A stretch of DNA of 64,000 nt, taken from Eledone cirrhosa (lineage: Eukaryota). Shown here piece by piece: positions 12,400 to 29,939 of this stretch; position 1 is the stretch's first letter; each line of letters starts with the position of its first letter. A program made the translations under genes and the position numbers. The notes beneath the pieces were generated by a model. That model was not told where the DNA came from and did no database searches. It saw nothing but the letters and a program-made list of their open reading frames with translations. The stretch lies in the NCBI GenBank assembly GCA_964016885.1, contig OZ024742.1, positions 319,424,001 to 319,488,000 on the forward strand, given 5' to 3'.

Positions 12400-15060
12400 G
12401 TTTCTTCAATAAAGTTCTGTGGCTTTGGTACAGCAGATTTGGATGGAGGATGGAAACTCCACTATTCAAGTGTGGCACCAGAAAAGACTGCACTGGTAGG
12501 GGTGGAGATACTCACAATTAGAGACAGAGATCAATAATTGATTTTGTTATTGTTTCTGATCTCTTTGATTCTATGCTGGATGGTCATGTAAAAAGAGCTG
12601 AACTGTCAACTGATCACCATCAAGTTATCTGCAATCTGAGATTACCTAAAGCCCACAAAACCCACAGGTCCAGTTCAACCTACAGGATAAAGTAGAAAGC
12701 ACTGGCAGATAAGGAAGTCAGGAACAGGTATGCAGATACTATTACATCCAATTCCCTGAGCAAACTGAGGACATTGAAACGGAAAGGAGACTGTTCATCT
12801 CTAGTTTCTGCTTCAGCTGTTAAATGCTGTGGGTGAAACTGGTGCCAGGTGGCAGGAGGACCCCATGGTTCAATCAGTTGTTCAAAGATGCCATCTGAAC
12901 AAAGAAAGAGGCTTACAAAGCTTGGTTTAGAAATTACAAACAAGTGCAAAAATTTGCAGCATTTACAGTAAAGGTATCACCAAATAGAGCATTCTGGCAG
13001 ACCAACTGCCAACTTCATAAGAAGTTCTTCTCCACACCTGCTATCAAGAATACATCCAGGGTTCTCGCTTTAGAGAGGTGCATCCTCACGAGTTGAAGAT
13101 AATACTTTGCTGATCCTAAATCTGGTCACATCAGCATCTCCTGATGTACACGAGGTGCATCTGTTAGGGATGACTAACCTCTGAGGCTGAGGTCACAAGA
13201 GCAATTAGAGATCTCAAATGTGGTAAGGTTGCTGGAGAGGATAAAATTCGGCCCAAGAATTTCTTCTTCGTTCACTTATTCCTGAGAGGGTCATGGGAGC
13301 AGAGTCCTAAAACACTCCTTCCAGCGGGTCCTGTCAGAAGCAACTGTCTCCAACTGATCCGGTTGGATCTCCAAACCAGACAAGCTCAAGGATGTTATCC
13401 AACCATCTTGCTTGGGGTTTACCCCTGGGTCTCCTGCAGTGATTCTTTCCTGAGACATTCTGACAACATGCCAATAGTATCGGAGCTGTGATCTATCAAT
13501 TCAGAGAAGTAGCAGCTCTACCTGGAGTGACTCTCTGATCTCTGAGCTATGCATTCTATCGAGTAACATTACTCCAAAGACCCTTCGGAGGAACCCAATT
13601 TCAGTCCGAGAATTTAAAAACTTTAAATAGAGAAAGTATTTTCTGGAAAGGCACCTAGCTTCAGTTGGGAGTGATAATCCCAATTTTCAAAAAGGGAGAT
13701 AAAAGAAATTGCTCCAATTATAGATAGCATAGACTTTACCAGGAAGGCTTAACAAGATCTAAGTGTCTGGCAAAGAGATGTACAGATATTAAGTCCAAAC
13801 TAGTTGATGAACAAACGGTGGTTTTCACCCAGGACGCAGCATAACTGATCAAATAATCAAACCACTGCAGTAGGTCTTTGAAAAATCAAGAAGTGTATGC
13901 TTGTTTCATAAATCTCAAAATGGCATATGACCTTGTTTCATGGGACCTGTTGTGGAACATTCTGCAGGAGTATGGGATTGATGGACAGCTTCTTGCCCTG
14001 ATGTTTTTGTTTGGATAAATGGTGCTAAGTCGAAACCATTCAATGTGGGTGTCAGACTCTACTAAGTGTGCATTCTGTCACCTCTCCTGTTCATAATCTG
14101 CACGAACAGGATTAACATGTCCAACCGGGTTGGAAGTGGTATCACAACTGGCAGGTGTAGAATTAGTTGACTGGATTTTGTGGATGACATAGTATCACTT
14201 AACTTATCAGAAGGTGATTTCCGACATGCATTTAATAGGTGTGCTGGAATGAAAATCAGCTGCAAAGACAGACATTTGTCCCCTCAAGGAAGTTTGCACA
14301 GTGCACTATACATGTGAGTGGGGTTCCACTGAAGCAGGTGAAGAAGTTCAAGTAGCTGTGTTCACGATTGATGGAAGGCACAATACTGAATTAATTGCAG
14401 GAGTCTGCAGTGATGCACCAGCTTCGGCATTCGGTCATCAGAAGAAAGGAGGTAGGTGTAAAGGCCAAATTTGCTAATATTAATTTGGAATTTGTGCCAA
14501 CCCTTACCTATGGTCATGAATCTTGGGTAATAACCAGAAGTATACAAGTGACTGAAATGGGGGTTCCTATGAAGGGTCTTTGGAGTAATGTTACTTGATA
14601 GTGTGCGTATCTCAGAGATCAGAAAGTCACTACTCCAAATTAACCCTTTGGCAATTATACTGGCCATATCAAAATCTCATAGATTTGCTAATGTGAGGTA
14701 AAGCCTTTAGCACAAAATACTATAGTAAATATAGAGTAATGTAAATGTTAAATGGTTAAGAGATCTCAGCTTCAACATTACAGATGTGTGATTAGTATAT
14801 CTCAGGAAAGAATTGTTGGCTAGATTTTATGAGCAAACCTACTGGCAGTAGACCTAAAAGCAAGATGGCTGGATAATAATCATGAGCTAACCGTCTAACC
14901 CATGCTAGCATGGAAGATGGACGTTAAACGATGATGAGCTCAGCTGGTCTTGCTTGGGGATCCAGCCAGATCAATTGCAGATAGCTGATACTGACAGAAC
15001 CCATTAGGTGTGCTTAAGAACTGCCCTACAACCTTCCTAGGCATGAGTGGGTTAAGAAGA
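12400..15060 (+). mobile_element. Old, heavily decayed RTE-like LINE of a second family
   Basis: Remnants resembling IDFVIVS..STDH (endonuclease), FKKGD..CSNYR, ILSPLLFII, DFVDDIV and PTLTYGHESW; ends in (AAG)n. Boundaries approximate. Confidence 0.7.
13261..13605 (-). mobile_element. 3' fragment of a similar LINE inserted in opposite orientation
   Basis: (TTC)n tail at 13261; minus ORF EIGFLRRVFGVMLLDRMHSSEIRESLQVE. Confidence 0.65.
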
Positions 15061-17243
15061 AAATTTTAAATATCCTATTCATATTTTCTAAGTTGATGAT
15101 GCCATCAGTTTTTAACAAAAAAAAAAAAAAAAAAAAAATCATTCAACATCTTGGTGATCCAAGAGCAGTGTTATCAGCCTGGAGAGAGTAGATAAGGAAC
15201 TCTGCACATAGCAGAGTTGGCTTGATGTTGAAGAGGAAGGCACAGCAAAGTACCAATTTAGTAAATACATCTTTGTAGTTGACTAAAAGCACTACCAGCA
15301 CTGTTACAGTGTGTGTTTCTAGATTCACAACCGTAGTGATGAATAGAATGAGGAGAGCTTTTACAAGTAAGTTCAAGCTGCCGTCAGTTGGTGCAATTCC
15401 GTCTTATGACTTCATGCCCATACTCATTCAATAACAGTTTCAGAACTTGTGAACCCCAAAAGCCATAATACTTTTGTCAGGATACAAGTAGAAAATGTAA
15501 TGCAAATAGCATAATAAACACTGACACCTTCAGTAGCTTCTACACAGTTGGTTGTGATCAGAGTTAAGAATTGTGTTAATACAATGGAAACTGAAGCTAC
15601 AGCCGCTTACTTTAACTTGAGCTGTCAAAATGGTGAATCTTTACCAGTTTATGTAGGAAGAGAGTACCAGTTAATTCTACCAGCATTTTATTGAAGCAAA
15701 GAAGTGAAGGTGCTTGCTGAAGGTAGAAAGTACAAAAAGTATTGACCAACATGCTAATTTTGTCATGCAATCAATGAGTTCTTTGAGAAATACAGCACTA
15801 AGTTTGACGAATTGTGGGGCAGTCAGAACTGTCAAGACTTTCCACATGGTATCTCTTGAATTTAGTCAGTGGTGAGACCTCTAAACATGGTGTGAATGAT
15901 TTACTTTAAGAACCTAAGAAACTTTCCAGTAGGAAACAAGGATGGAGGCAACACCATTTTTATTGGCATTGATAATGGCATCTTCACCAAAGCTTAGCCG
16001 AAGAGTCTGGAACTCTCTCAGACAAGGTAATATTGCTTATCTTAATGCAATCAATATCATATGAGGTGTTTCAATAGTATCCCATCAAATATTTTTAACA
16101 CAGCAGCATTGAGCAAGGGAGACAATCTTGAAAGCAAAACTGGTTACCAAATTCACCAAATATTGTGGCATTAGTCTGAGCAAAGCTGTATAACTAAATG
16201 ATCCAGATAAGAGTCATAATTCCTCCCGAGCTGCAATGCAACTACAGTATTTGAAATTCTAAGTGAGCACATATCAGATAAAATAATTTCAAAGTGAGAA
16301 TAATGAGCTCATGTCACTTTAAACCTAAATTGATTTAATTAGCTAAGAATACTATTTTCTCAAAGGGAAACATTTTTTATGGAGTTATTGTATTGATAAA
16401 ATCTGGATGTATAGCTTCTAAAATCGTTGCATAAACGAATTTCTTTAGGCAGTGTGTCATCTATTTGTTCAAGAATTAAACTGCTTTCTCTTTAACTCTT
16501 TATTTTCCCAATAAACACTATTTCACATATCGAATCTGAGATTTTGATATTTATTTTGAGAACAATACCTTAACATGAATGGTCAGTTAAAATTGTAATG
16601 CCAAGATGAGCAGCATCGAGTGATTGTTGAACAAAAAAGATGAAGTGCCATTACCATACTTCCTGAAAAAACTGGGAGATGTTAGCCTTATGATGAATAA
16701 TCTGGTGGCTTTGATTCCTAGATCAGCATCATGCTTCCATTCCACATTGCTTTTCATAGAACTATTGCATTATCTATTTTTTTTTTTTTTTTTAAATTGC
16801 ACCTCCTTATAAGCACTTACTTCATGCTCTTTGTTCATCTTTCAAAATTACTATTCTCATTTAAACTGATTGACCTGTACTCAGAATTACAAATATGGTG
16901 AGAAGTTGCCAAGTAGCACATGTCCTATCTCTTTAGAGAAGAGATGTAACAAAGTTAATTGCTACTTTAATTTTTAAGCAAAACATCAATTATTTGTGAA
17001 GAAGTATATATGGTAGCTCAAGTGGCAATCTTGTATTTTATTAAATCAAATTTGCAATACTGTATTACAATAAAAGCCACAACTTTTGACTTAGCATTAA
17101 AGCAAATTTCAGACAGGTTTTGAAACCAAAAATTGCAGCAAATAAGAAAAAGTTAGCTTAATTCACATTTTCTTATATCTAAAACTGGTTCCATAGTCTC
17201 AATATTAGTTTTTTTTATTTTAACTAAAAATGTTTCTTCAGAA

Positions 17244-17407
17244 TTTTTGGCTCCGAATTTAACAGCCAGTACTTAGGTTATTTGCTGAAATTAAATGTAA
17301 GTAACCTTCCATTCAGTTCTTGTTTTTCTCTGACCATTGAAAGAAATTGAATAATTTCTATTTCACTTCGTAAAAAGATTTATAAAAAATTCTAAAATCA
17401 GATTTAA

Positions 17408-17481
<74 letters not shown>

Positions 17482-17669
17482 TTATATATATATATATATA
17501 TAAATTTAAATCTGATTTTAGAATTTTTTATAAATCTTTTTACGAAGTGAAATAGAAATTATTCAATTTCTTTCAATGGTCAGAGAAAAACAAGAACTGA
17601 ATGGAAGGTTACTTACATTTAATTTCAGCAAATAACCTAAGTACTGGCTGTTAAATTCGGAGCCAAAAA
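17244..17669. repeat. Perfect inverted repeat (~170-bp arms) centred on an interrupted (TA)n tract
   Basis: TTTTTGGCTCCGAATTTAAC...CAGATTTAAATT / AATTTAAATCTG...GTTAAATTCGGAGCCAAAAA; no mismatch seen by eye. Confidence 0.95.
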
Positions 17670-18710
17670 GTAGAGTTAAACCAGGCCACCAAATTAGGAG
17701 TACTACCCAAGAAGCCACAGAATTTGAACTCAGTGCTACAGTTTGATCTCATCTTGCACTATAACATTTCAGCCATTTTATTTTATCTACTCCAAGATTT
17801 GAACTCAGAGTGCAAAGAGAATAAATACAAAGCAATTTGATATTATCACATTGAATGCTGGTAGGTTAAAAGATCAAGTCTGAACCTATAGAAATTCGCT
17901 TGGTGAAAGTTTAAGCTATTTCTAACCTCTGGCCATTGAAAATTTGAATAAATCCTCGTTTTTTATCTTATAAAAGAAAAATTCACAGGTTGCCAGACAA
18001 ACTTAAGCATGCTCACTACAAGTTCTTTACAAGAATGTAACCATGCGAAGAATAACAACATTAAGAGACTTTTTAAATTTTATTAGAAAAAAAAAATTAA
18101 ATGAAAAAAAAAAAAAAAAAAGAAAAAGATTAGCACCCATTATGGCTATCGCCAAAAAAAAAAAAAAAAAAAAAAATGAAAGAAAGAAAGAAAAAAAAAA
18201 GCTACAAGTATATAAGGCCACGCCTGCTTCACTGATTTAACCTGTGGTGCAAGCAAGTTTGAAGTGCTTGATTCTAGACTCCACGTGTGAAGGTGTTGTT
18301 CGTAGAGAGGCAGCCAAAATGGCAAATGTGCAGCAGGATCACCCTGATTATCAGAGCGAGAACTCAAGAAAAATTTTTTTTTAAAGAAAAGCTGTTCAAA
18401 CTACATTGCGACGATCAGTCACTATACTGGAATGTGTGGAGAAGAGTAACTTAGTCGCTACTCGTGACATATGGTTTCTGAACCATGTCTCATAATAGTG
18501 CCACTAACTCTTAATTTTTTTTTTTTTTTTTAATTCAGGCTAACAGCGAAGTTGCCAAGAGTGACGGCAAGAGAAAAGTAAACAAAAGCCAGCCCAGGAT
18601 CTTTAATTTTTATTTGTTATTGTGATCACGATAAGTGATGTTTATTTACAAAAACATTCACCAACTTTAGCTGTTAGTACACATTAAATCAACTTAAAAA
18701 TTGTTAATAC

Positions 18711-20183
<1,473 letters not shown>

Positions 20184-20704
20184 GGTTTCTTCTCTAGACC
20201 TCTAAAAAATATTAGCCCACCCACATAAAAAATAAAACTAGTAAAAACTAAATAAATAAATAAATAAATAAAAAACTTTTGACGAAGTATGGAAGTATAA
20301 ACTTATTTTAGAAATTAATGGCCCCGAATTAATTTTAATCTGAAAATTACGGTTCCGATTCATAGCTGCAGTTACTTTTTTCCTTAAAAAGAAGTCACCA
20401 ACATAACTGATAACATACTAAGAGTCAAATAGACAAATCTTAACCTTTCATAATTATTTCATTTGTATTATTTAATCTGTTTAGCAATTCTATTATAAAA
20501 ACAATCTCCATATTAGACATTTGTTTAATAATTTTTTTTCCCCACAACGACATAGTTGGGAGCTTTATGTAATTTAACAAAAATTTATTCTAGAATACAT
20601 CTTTGTATATTACACACACACATTAATTAAATAGACATCCGTTGGCGAGTTTTAAAGTGATCATATACAGGCATCATTAAAGCTTCGTTGCTAAATAACA
20701 AGTG

Positions 20705-20782
20705 CCGTATTTGGCAATCTGGCCACGCCCATCAACAAACGTATTTACCATATTAGGAAAATATATCGTACAAGCATGACGT
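20705..20782. promoter_or_regulatory. SRF/CArG enhancer-like cluster
   Basis: Perfect CArG CCATATTAGG (20748-20757), CArG-like CCGTATTTGG (20705-20714), Sp/KLF-type GCCACGCCC, TGACGT; upstream of the actin exon. Confidence 0.6.
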
Positions 20783-21119
20783 TGCGGCTCGTTACTGGCT
20801 TCGAATGCTATTTCAAGTAGCTTAGGAATTTAAAGAAAAAAGAAAAAAAAAAAAAAAACTTTAACAATTATTAGTAGTTCCAAGCAGGCATTATTAGGTG
20901 ATGAGTAAGATATATATTATATAAAATAGTAAATATATATATATATATATCTAGTAAAAAAAAAAAAACATACTTATTACATGGATGTATCGTTTACTTT
21001 ACTTTAAAACTAAAGCGGATATTTTCTTTTCTTTCAAATAAAACATTGACACAAAAAGAGCGAAGAAAGGAAAAAAAAAAAAAAAAAAAAATCTATCTTT
21101 TCTTCACTCCTACAACAGC

Positions 21120-21291
21120 AATGACTCAGAAGCCTTGCTAACGCTATAGAGTTTATTATAAAAACATCAGATGTTTCTGTCTCACCCTTTCTTTCTCTCA
21201 CTTTTCCTCTTCACCCCCCCCCCGTCAACATTAACCAATCTGAATCAGTTCATAGTAATGACCATATATGGTAATATAATACCGTATAAGG
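21120..21291 (-). promoter_or_regulatory. Candidate actin promoter/enhancer (CArG, CCAAT, TATA-like)
   Basis: CCATATATGG (21262-21271), CCGTATAAGG (21282-21291), CCAAT (21235-21239), minus-strand TATAATAA at 21153-21160. Confidence 0.55.
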
Positions 21292-22035
21292 TAATCCCAA
21301 AATAGCCAAAGCTGAACGGTTTTCAAGGTTGCCGCCACCGCTTTAAAATGCAGACACACACACATATATATCTATCTATCTATCTATATATATATATATA
21401 CACACACACATAATATATATTAATACGTATACACATTTATAACTTTTTCCTTCATGCATCCTACCGTCATTGCAAAAACTAAAATATTACTGACATTTAA
21501 CTAATAAATGAATTATTTAAGATATCTTAATCACACCGCAGAAGCCACTTAATGTGACCCCCCCCCCCCCCTGTACGCAGCTATTCATTTCAATAACCGG
21601 CTGATGACATTAAGCAAATAGTTTAAGACACTAATTTTACATAGTGATTATAATAAGCGACACGATTCAAGAACCTTTAAATAAAAATACACACTGCTTT
21701 TATGTATCGAGTATTACAGCCGTTTATAATAATCATGGACAAAGTTACCAAACGGTTGCTATCAAACTTAGTTGGGTCTCGAACACGCCCATGTCAGGTA
21801 TATATGTACATCCACATATCAGCCGGTTTGTATTATCGAATAATAAAGTGATTATCACAATAAGCATCTTCCATAGGTAATAGAAATGAAGAAAAATTTA
21901 CTAACATGAACAATAAAAAGGTTTAAATTATTAGGAAGGAAAAAAAAAAAAGCCGTTAGACTTTTAAAGTAAAATTTATAAAAAGAAAAGACAAGTGAAT
22001 GTAACTTTATTTTTAAGGATAATTCTAGAATTAAT

Positions 22036-22118
22036 GTATATATATATATATATATATTATATATTAGATATGTGTATGTATATATATTAATGTATATATA
22101 TATATATATAGATATGTG

Positions 22119-22150
<32 letters not shown>

Positions 22151-22158
22151 GATATGTG

Positions 22159-22230
<72 letters not shown>

Positions 22231-22926
22231 TATGTGTATGTATATATATATATATAGATATGTGTATGTATATATATATATATATAGATATGTGTATGTA
22301 TATATATATATATATATAGATATGTGTATGTATATATATATATATATATATAGATATGTGTATGTATATATATATATATATATATAGATATGTGTATGTA
22401 TATATATATATATATAGATATGTGTATGTATATATATATATATATAGATATGTGTATGTATATATATATATATATATAGATATGTGTATGTATATATATA
22501 TATATATAGATATGTGTATGTATATATATATATATATAGATATGTGTATGTATATATATATATATATATATAGATATGTGTATGTATATATATATATAGA
22601 TATGTGTATGTATATATATATATAGATATGTGTATGTATATATATATATATATATAGATATGTGTATGTATATATATATATATATATATAGATATGTGTA
22701 TGTATATATATATATATATATAGATATGTGTATGTATATATATATATATATAGATATGTGTATGTATATATATATATAGATATGTGTATATATATATATA
22801 TAGATATGTGTATGTATATATATATATATATAGATATGTGTATGTATATATATATATATATAGATATGTGTATGTATATATATATATATATAGATATGTG
22901 TATGTATATATATATATAGATATGTG

Positions 22927-22962
<36 letters not shown>

Positions 22963-22968
22963 TATGTG

Positions 22969-23006
<38 letters not shown>

Positions 23007-23089
23007 GGAATACTGTTGGCTTCTTGCTACAATAATTTCTACACTTTTCATTTACACACACGTGTATATATATATATTTACATCCATAT

Positions 23090-23122
<33 letters not shown>

Positions 23123-23919
23123 TACATATATACATATACATACATACGTGTATATACATACATACACACACACATATATGTATATACATACATACATATA
23201 TATACATATATAGTTATATACATATATACATATATAGTTATATACATATATACATATATAGTTATATACATACATACATATATATACATATATAGTTATA
23301 TACATACATACATATATATACATATATAGTTATATACATACATACATATATATACATATATAGTTATATACATACATACATATATATATACATATATAGT
23401 TATATACATACATACATATATATATACATATATAGTTATATACATACATACATATATATACATATATAGTTATATACATACATACATATATATACATATA
23501 TAGTTATATACATACATACATATATATACATATATAGTTATATACATACATACATATATATACATATATAGTTATATACATACATACATATATATACATA
23601 TATAGTTATATACATACATACATATATATACATATATAGTTATATACATACATACATATATATACATATATAGTTATATACATACATACATATATATACA
23701 TATATAGTTATATACATACATACATATATATACATACATAGTTATATACATACATACATATATATACATACATAGTTATATACATACATACATATATATA
23801 CATACATAGTTATATACATACATACATATATATACATACATAGTTATATACATACATACATATATATACATACATATTTATATACATACATACATATATA
23901 TACATACATATTTATATAC

Positions 23920-23953
<34 letters not shown>

Positions 23954-23961
23954 ATACATAC

Positions 23962-24010
<49 letters not shown>

Positions 24011-24025
24011 CACATATATATACAC

Positions 24026-24072
<47 letters not shown>

Positions 24073-24396
24073 CATATACATATATACACATATATATATA
24101 TATATACACATATATATACATATACATATATACATATACACATATATATACATATACATATATACATATACATATATACATATATATATATATACACATA
24201 TATATATACACATATATATATATATACATATACATATATATACACATATATATATACACATATATTATATATATACATATATATATACATATATATATAT
24301 ACATATACATACATATATATATACATATACATACATATATATATACATATACATACATATATATATACATATATATATATATACATATATATATAC

Positions 24397-24427
<31 letters not shown>

Positions 24428-24650
24428 CACATATATATATACATATATATATATACATATATATATATACATATATACATATATACATATATATACATAT
24501 ATATACATATATATACATACATATACATATATATACATACATATATATACATATATATATATATACTATACATATATATATATATACATATATATACATA
24601 TATATACATACATATATATATATACATATATATACATACATATATATATA
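22036..24650. repeat. Compound (TA)n microsatellite/minisatellite
   Basis: GATATGTGTATG(TA)n units, then GTTATATACATACATAC units, then TA/TACA. Confidence 0.97.
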
Positions 24651-24850
24651 NNNNNNNNNNNNNNNNNNNNNNNNNNNNNNNNNNNNNNNNNNNNNNNNNN
24701 NNNNNNNNNNNNNNNNNNNNNNNNNNNNNNNNNNNNNNNNNNNNNNNNNNNNNNNNNNNNNNNNNNNNNNNNNNNNNNNNNNNNNNNNNNNNNNNNNNNN
24801 NNNNNNNNNNNNNNNNNNNNNNNNNNNNNNNNNNNNNNNNNNNNNNNNNN
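24651..24850. other. Assembly gap (200 N)
   Basis: Run of n. Confidence 1.
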
Positions 24851-25685
<835 letters not shown>

Positions 25686-25688
<3 letters not shown>

Positions 25689-28600
25689 TCATCATCACCG
25701 TTTTACGTCCGTTCTCCCACGCTAGCATGGGTTAGACGGGTTGTCCTGTTGTGGGCAGAGTCTTGTCAGCCGACCATGCTTTGCTCATACAGGAACTGAT
25801 TTGGCTTGATTTCTACAGCTTAATGCCCTTCCTACCACCAACCTCATTTACAGTGAGTGCTGGGTGCTTTTTGGTGGCGCCTACACGTCCACTTTACAGT
25901 GTGGGCTGGGTGCTTTTTTGCCGTGTGGGGGCATATTGTCTATATGCTTCAGCTTGTACCCATGGGAGGTCATGTATTCTGTATTACTGCTTGACGCCAG
26001 AGGTCACGGTCGTGTGTCATTGCCTTTGAGAGGTGTAATTGGGTAAGGTCGGCTTTTATCACCTCATCCCAGGTCATCTTGGGTCTCCCCACTCCGGTTT
26101 CCATCGACTTCTAGTACTCTGCACCTTTTTATGCAGCTGTCATCCTTCATATGCATCACATGTCCATACCAACGCAACCACTTCTCCTGCACACAGCATT
26201 TGATTCCTCTTATGCTCAGTCTCTCTCTCAATTCATTTATGCTTTGTCGTTCACGTATATTACTGTTACACATCCATCGGAGCATGCAGGCTTTGTTTCT
26301 CTCTAATCTACGTAAGTCTTCCACCTTCAGCGCCCAGGTCTCACTACCATGCAACATCGCTGTTCGGATACACGCATCATACAGTCTGCCTTTTGCAGCT
26401 ATCAGTTCCCTAAACTTCTTCCATCACGTTCTTACCCTAGTTATTGTACTTTCTGAACACCCACCTCCGCTGCTAATTCGATCACCTAGGTAGCAGAAGC
26501 TGTCTACTGTTTCTACAGAGCCCTTTCTGTTACTTTCATGACCTGGTCCATCACCTTTATACCTCTATAGTTTCCTCTATCTAGTGCATCACCTTTACCT
26601 TTGTAGCAGTTGACAATGATGCTACTGCACCAATCTTTTGGTATGACACCTTCTAGTATTACCTGGTTAACGATACGTGTGGTTATAGTGTGACCTACAG
26701 ACCCAGATGCCTTCAGCATCTCGGCAGCTATACCCGGTGGACCGGTTGCCTTCCCCATCTTCATATCTTTGATTGTACTGCTGGCCCCTCTATAGGGTCT
26801 ACTTGGGGTAGGGTCTCTTCTTCCCATGCATTCTCCTCATTTAGTAATCTATCATAATGACTCTTCCATGCATCTTTCTTCTCAGCACTTGTGAGGGCAA
26901 GCTCACCTTTATCATTCCGGATACACTTCTCTCCAATGACATCACAATTCTCTCTGACACACTGCCTCGCAATCTTGAACACCTCCTGTTTCTGGTCTTC
27001 ACGTTGCAAAACATGCTTGAATTTTCTATCCTCTGCTTCCCTCCTAGCTAAGTATACTTGTCGCCTAGCTTCCCTCTTGGTCTCTATGTAATGTACCCTG
27101 CTACCCCGTTCTTCCATTCTTTCCATGCCTGTCTCTTGGCCTTAACTGCCTCATCTGCCTTATTGTTCCACCACCAAGTCACTCTCCTCCTGCTTGAGGT
27201 CTTACTCCAGCCACAGACCTCATCCGTCGCCTCTCGTAAGTTATTTTTTAGGAACTCCCAGTTCTCTTCTACGTTGAATGTCTCTATCTGTTCTTCTTTA
27301 CTGTCGTAGGCGTTGAGTAAAATATCTTTAAATCTGTTACTGGTTGAGGGGTTTTTCAGCTTCCAGATCTTTCTTCTCCAGGTTGGCCTCTGTTTCCAGG
27401 TTCGTCTAGTTCTGACTGTGAGGTCGCTGACAACTAAGCTATGTTGGGATGTACATTCCTCACTAGGGAAGGCTTTTGTGTTTACAACCGTCCATCTGTC
27501 ACGTCCTCTGATGAGGATAAAATCTATCTGACTAGAGTGCTCCCCTGATCTATAGGTGATCAGGTGGTTGTCGGGTTTTTTAAAGTTTGTGTTACATATC
27601 GACATGTCATTGGCGTCGCAGAATTCTAGAAGTCTGAATCCTTCCTCATTTCTTGTGCCAACTCCATGTACTCTATTGAAGCCGTCGCAGTGTTTACCTA
27701 CGTGTCCGTTAAAATCTCCTGCGATGATTAGGAAGTCATTGTCATCTGTTAGAGCAGTAGTGTGCAGTAGGGACTCGAAAAACCTATCCTTAAGTTCGTC
27801 TGGCAGCCCCGATTGGGGTGCGTAAGCTGATATTATTGTGGTAATTGTTTTATTCAGGACTAGTCTGAGTTTAATGATTCTTGCATTTACCCTGTACACT
27901 GAGATTACTTTATCTACCCACTTGTCAGCTAGTAGTATACCTACACCACCCATCCCATCGTCATTTCCCACCCAGAAAAATTTGTAGCACTGACTTTTTC
28001 CTACAAGGACTCTAGCAGACTCTCCTCTCTATCTAGTCTCTTGCACACAGCATACATCAATTTCCTTTCGCTCTAGCATTTCTACGATTTCTCCTGCTCT
28101 TCCTTTCATTGAGCCTACATTGATGGTACCAACTCGGAGTTTTTGGCATTTGTCGACACTCGTAGGGAAGGGTGTCTGGATTGGCGCTTCACATGGGTGC
28201 TTGGTAGCTCGCAGATTCATATTTCATCTATTAATTCAGAGTTGCTCAAATTTATTCTCAGCTCATCCATCCATAACGGTAGGAAAATTGAGGGCTAGAA
28301 GAACAGTGGTGGGGGGGATAATGGCAGGGTGTGTTGGGCTGGGACAGGGGAGGAGAGAGTTAGTTAGATAGTAGTAGCAGAAGAAATGGCATGCTGAGGT
28401 TTGATTGGTCGAATAGGCTATGGGGGTGTGAGGGGGTGGGTGGGAGGGAAATTGTGAGGTAGGGAGAGAGGGTCGCCGTCAAGATGGATGACTGGAACGA
28501 AGCCAAATCAACTCTAGTGATTCATTTTTGCCTTTCAGAATAGAGTGTCTTATCTCTTCAATAGCTTCAAGATGAGTGAGGTGGAATGGGCGAAGAGGGA

Positions 28601-28947
28601 ACGGGAGATAATGGTTGGTTTAGAGAGAGAGATAAAGAGGGGGGGTAGCCATCACAGAGAGAGAGGGTCGCCGCATGGCAAAGTAGCCGATAGAATACAT
28701 CAACAATAATATTAATAATAATAGCCAGTCATGGCCTGAAGCCTTTGATGGGAAAATAGACAGAGACGAGGAAAAATAGACAGTCAGCATGGTAGGAGAA
28801 TAACAAAGTGGATGTGAGGTAGGGAGCTAAATACCTTCGTAAAATTTGTATGGATGGATGACTGGAACGAAGCCAAATCAACTCTAGTGATTCATTTTAG
28901 CCTTTCAGAATAGTGTCTTATCTCTTCAATAGCTTCAAGATGAGTGA
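25686..28947 (-). mobile_element. RTE-clade LINE, near full-length 5' end, internal RT deletion
   Basis: APE start LRVGTINVGSM..CVQETR (28029-28220), GGVGIL..SAYAPQ..GDFNGHVG; RT core missing at ~26517 relative to the 2400-5286 copy; (CAT)n tail; duplicated ~96-bp block in the 5' region. Confidence 0.93.
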
Positions 28948-28960
28948 ATGGAATGTATAT

Positions 28961-29878
<918 letters not shown>

Positions 29879-29939
29879 ATACTCTTTTACTCTTTTACCC
29901 TTTTCAGCCATACGGCTGAGGCCCTTGTTGCTACACATT

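Noticed and set aside
18027-18240. Poly-Lys/poly-Phe ORFs
   Set aside because: A-runs downstream of the actin stop codon.
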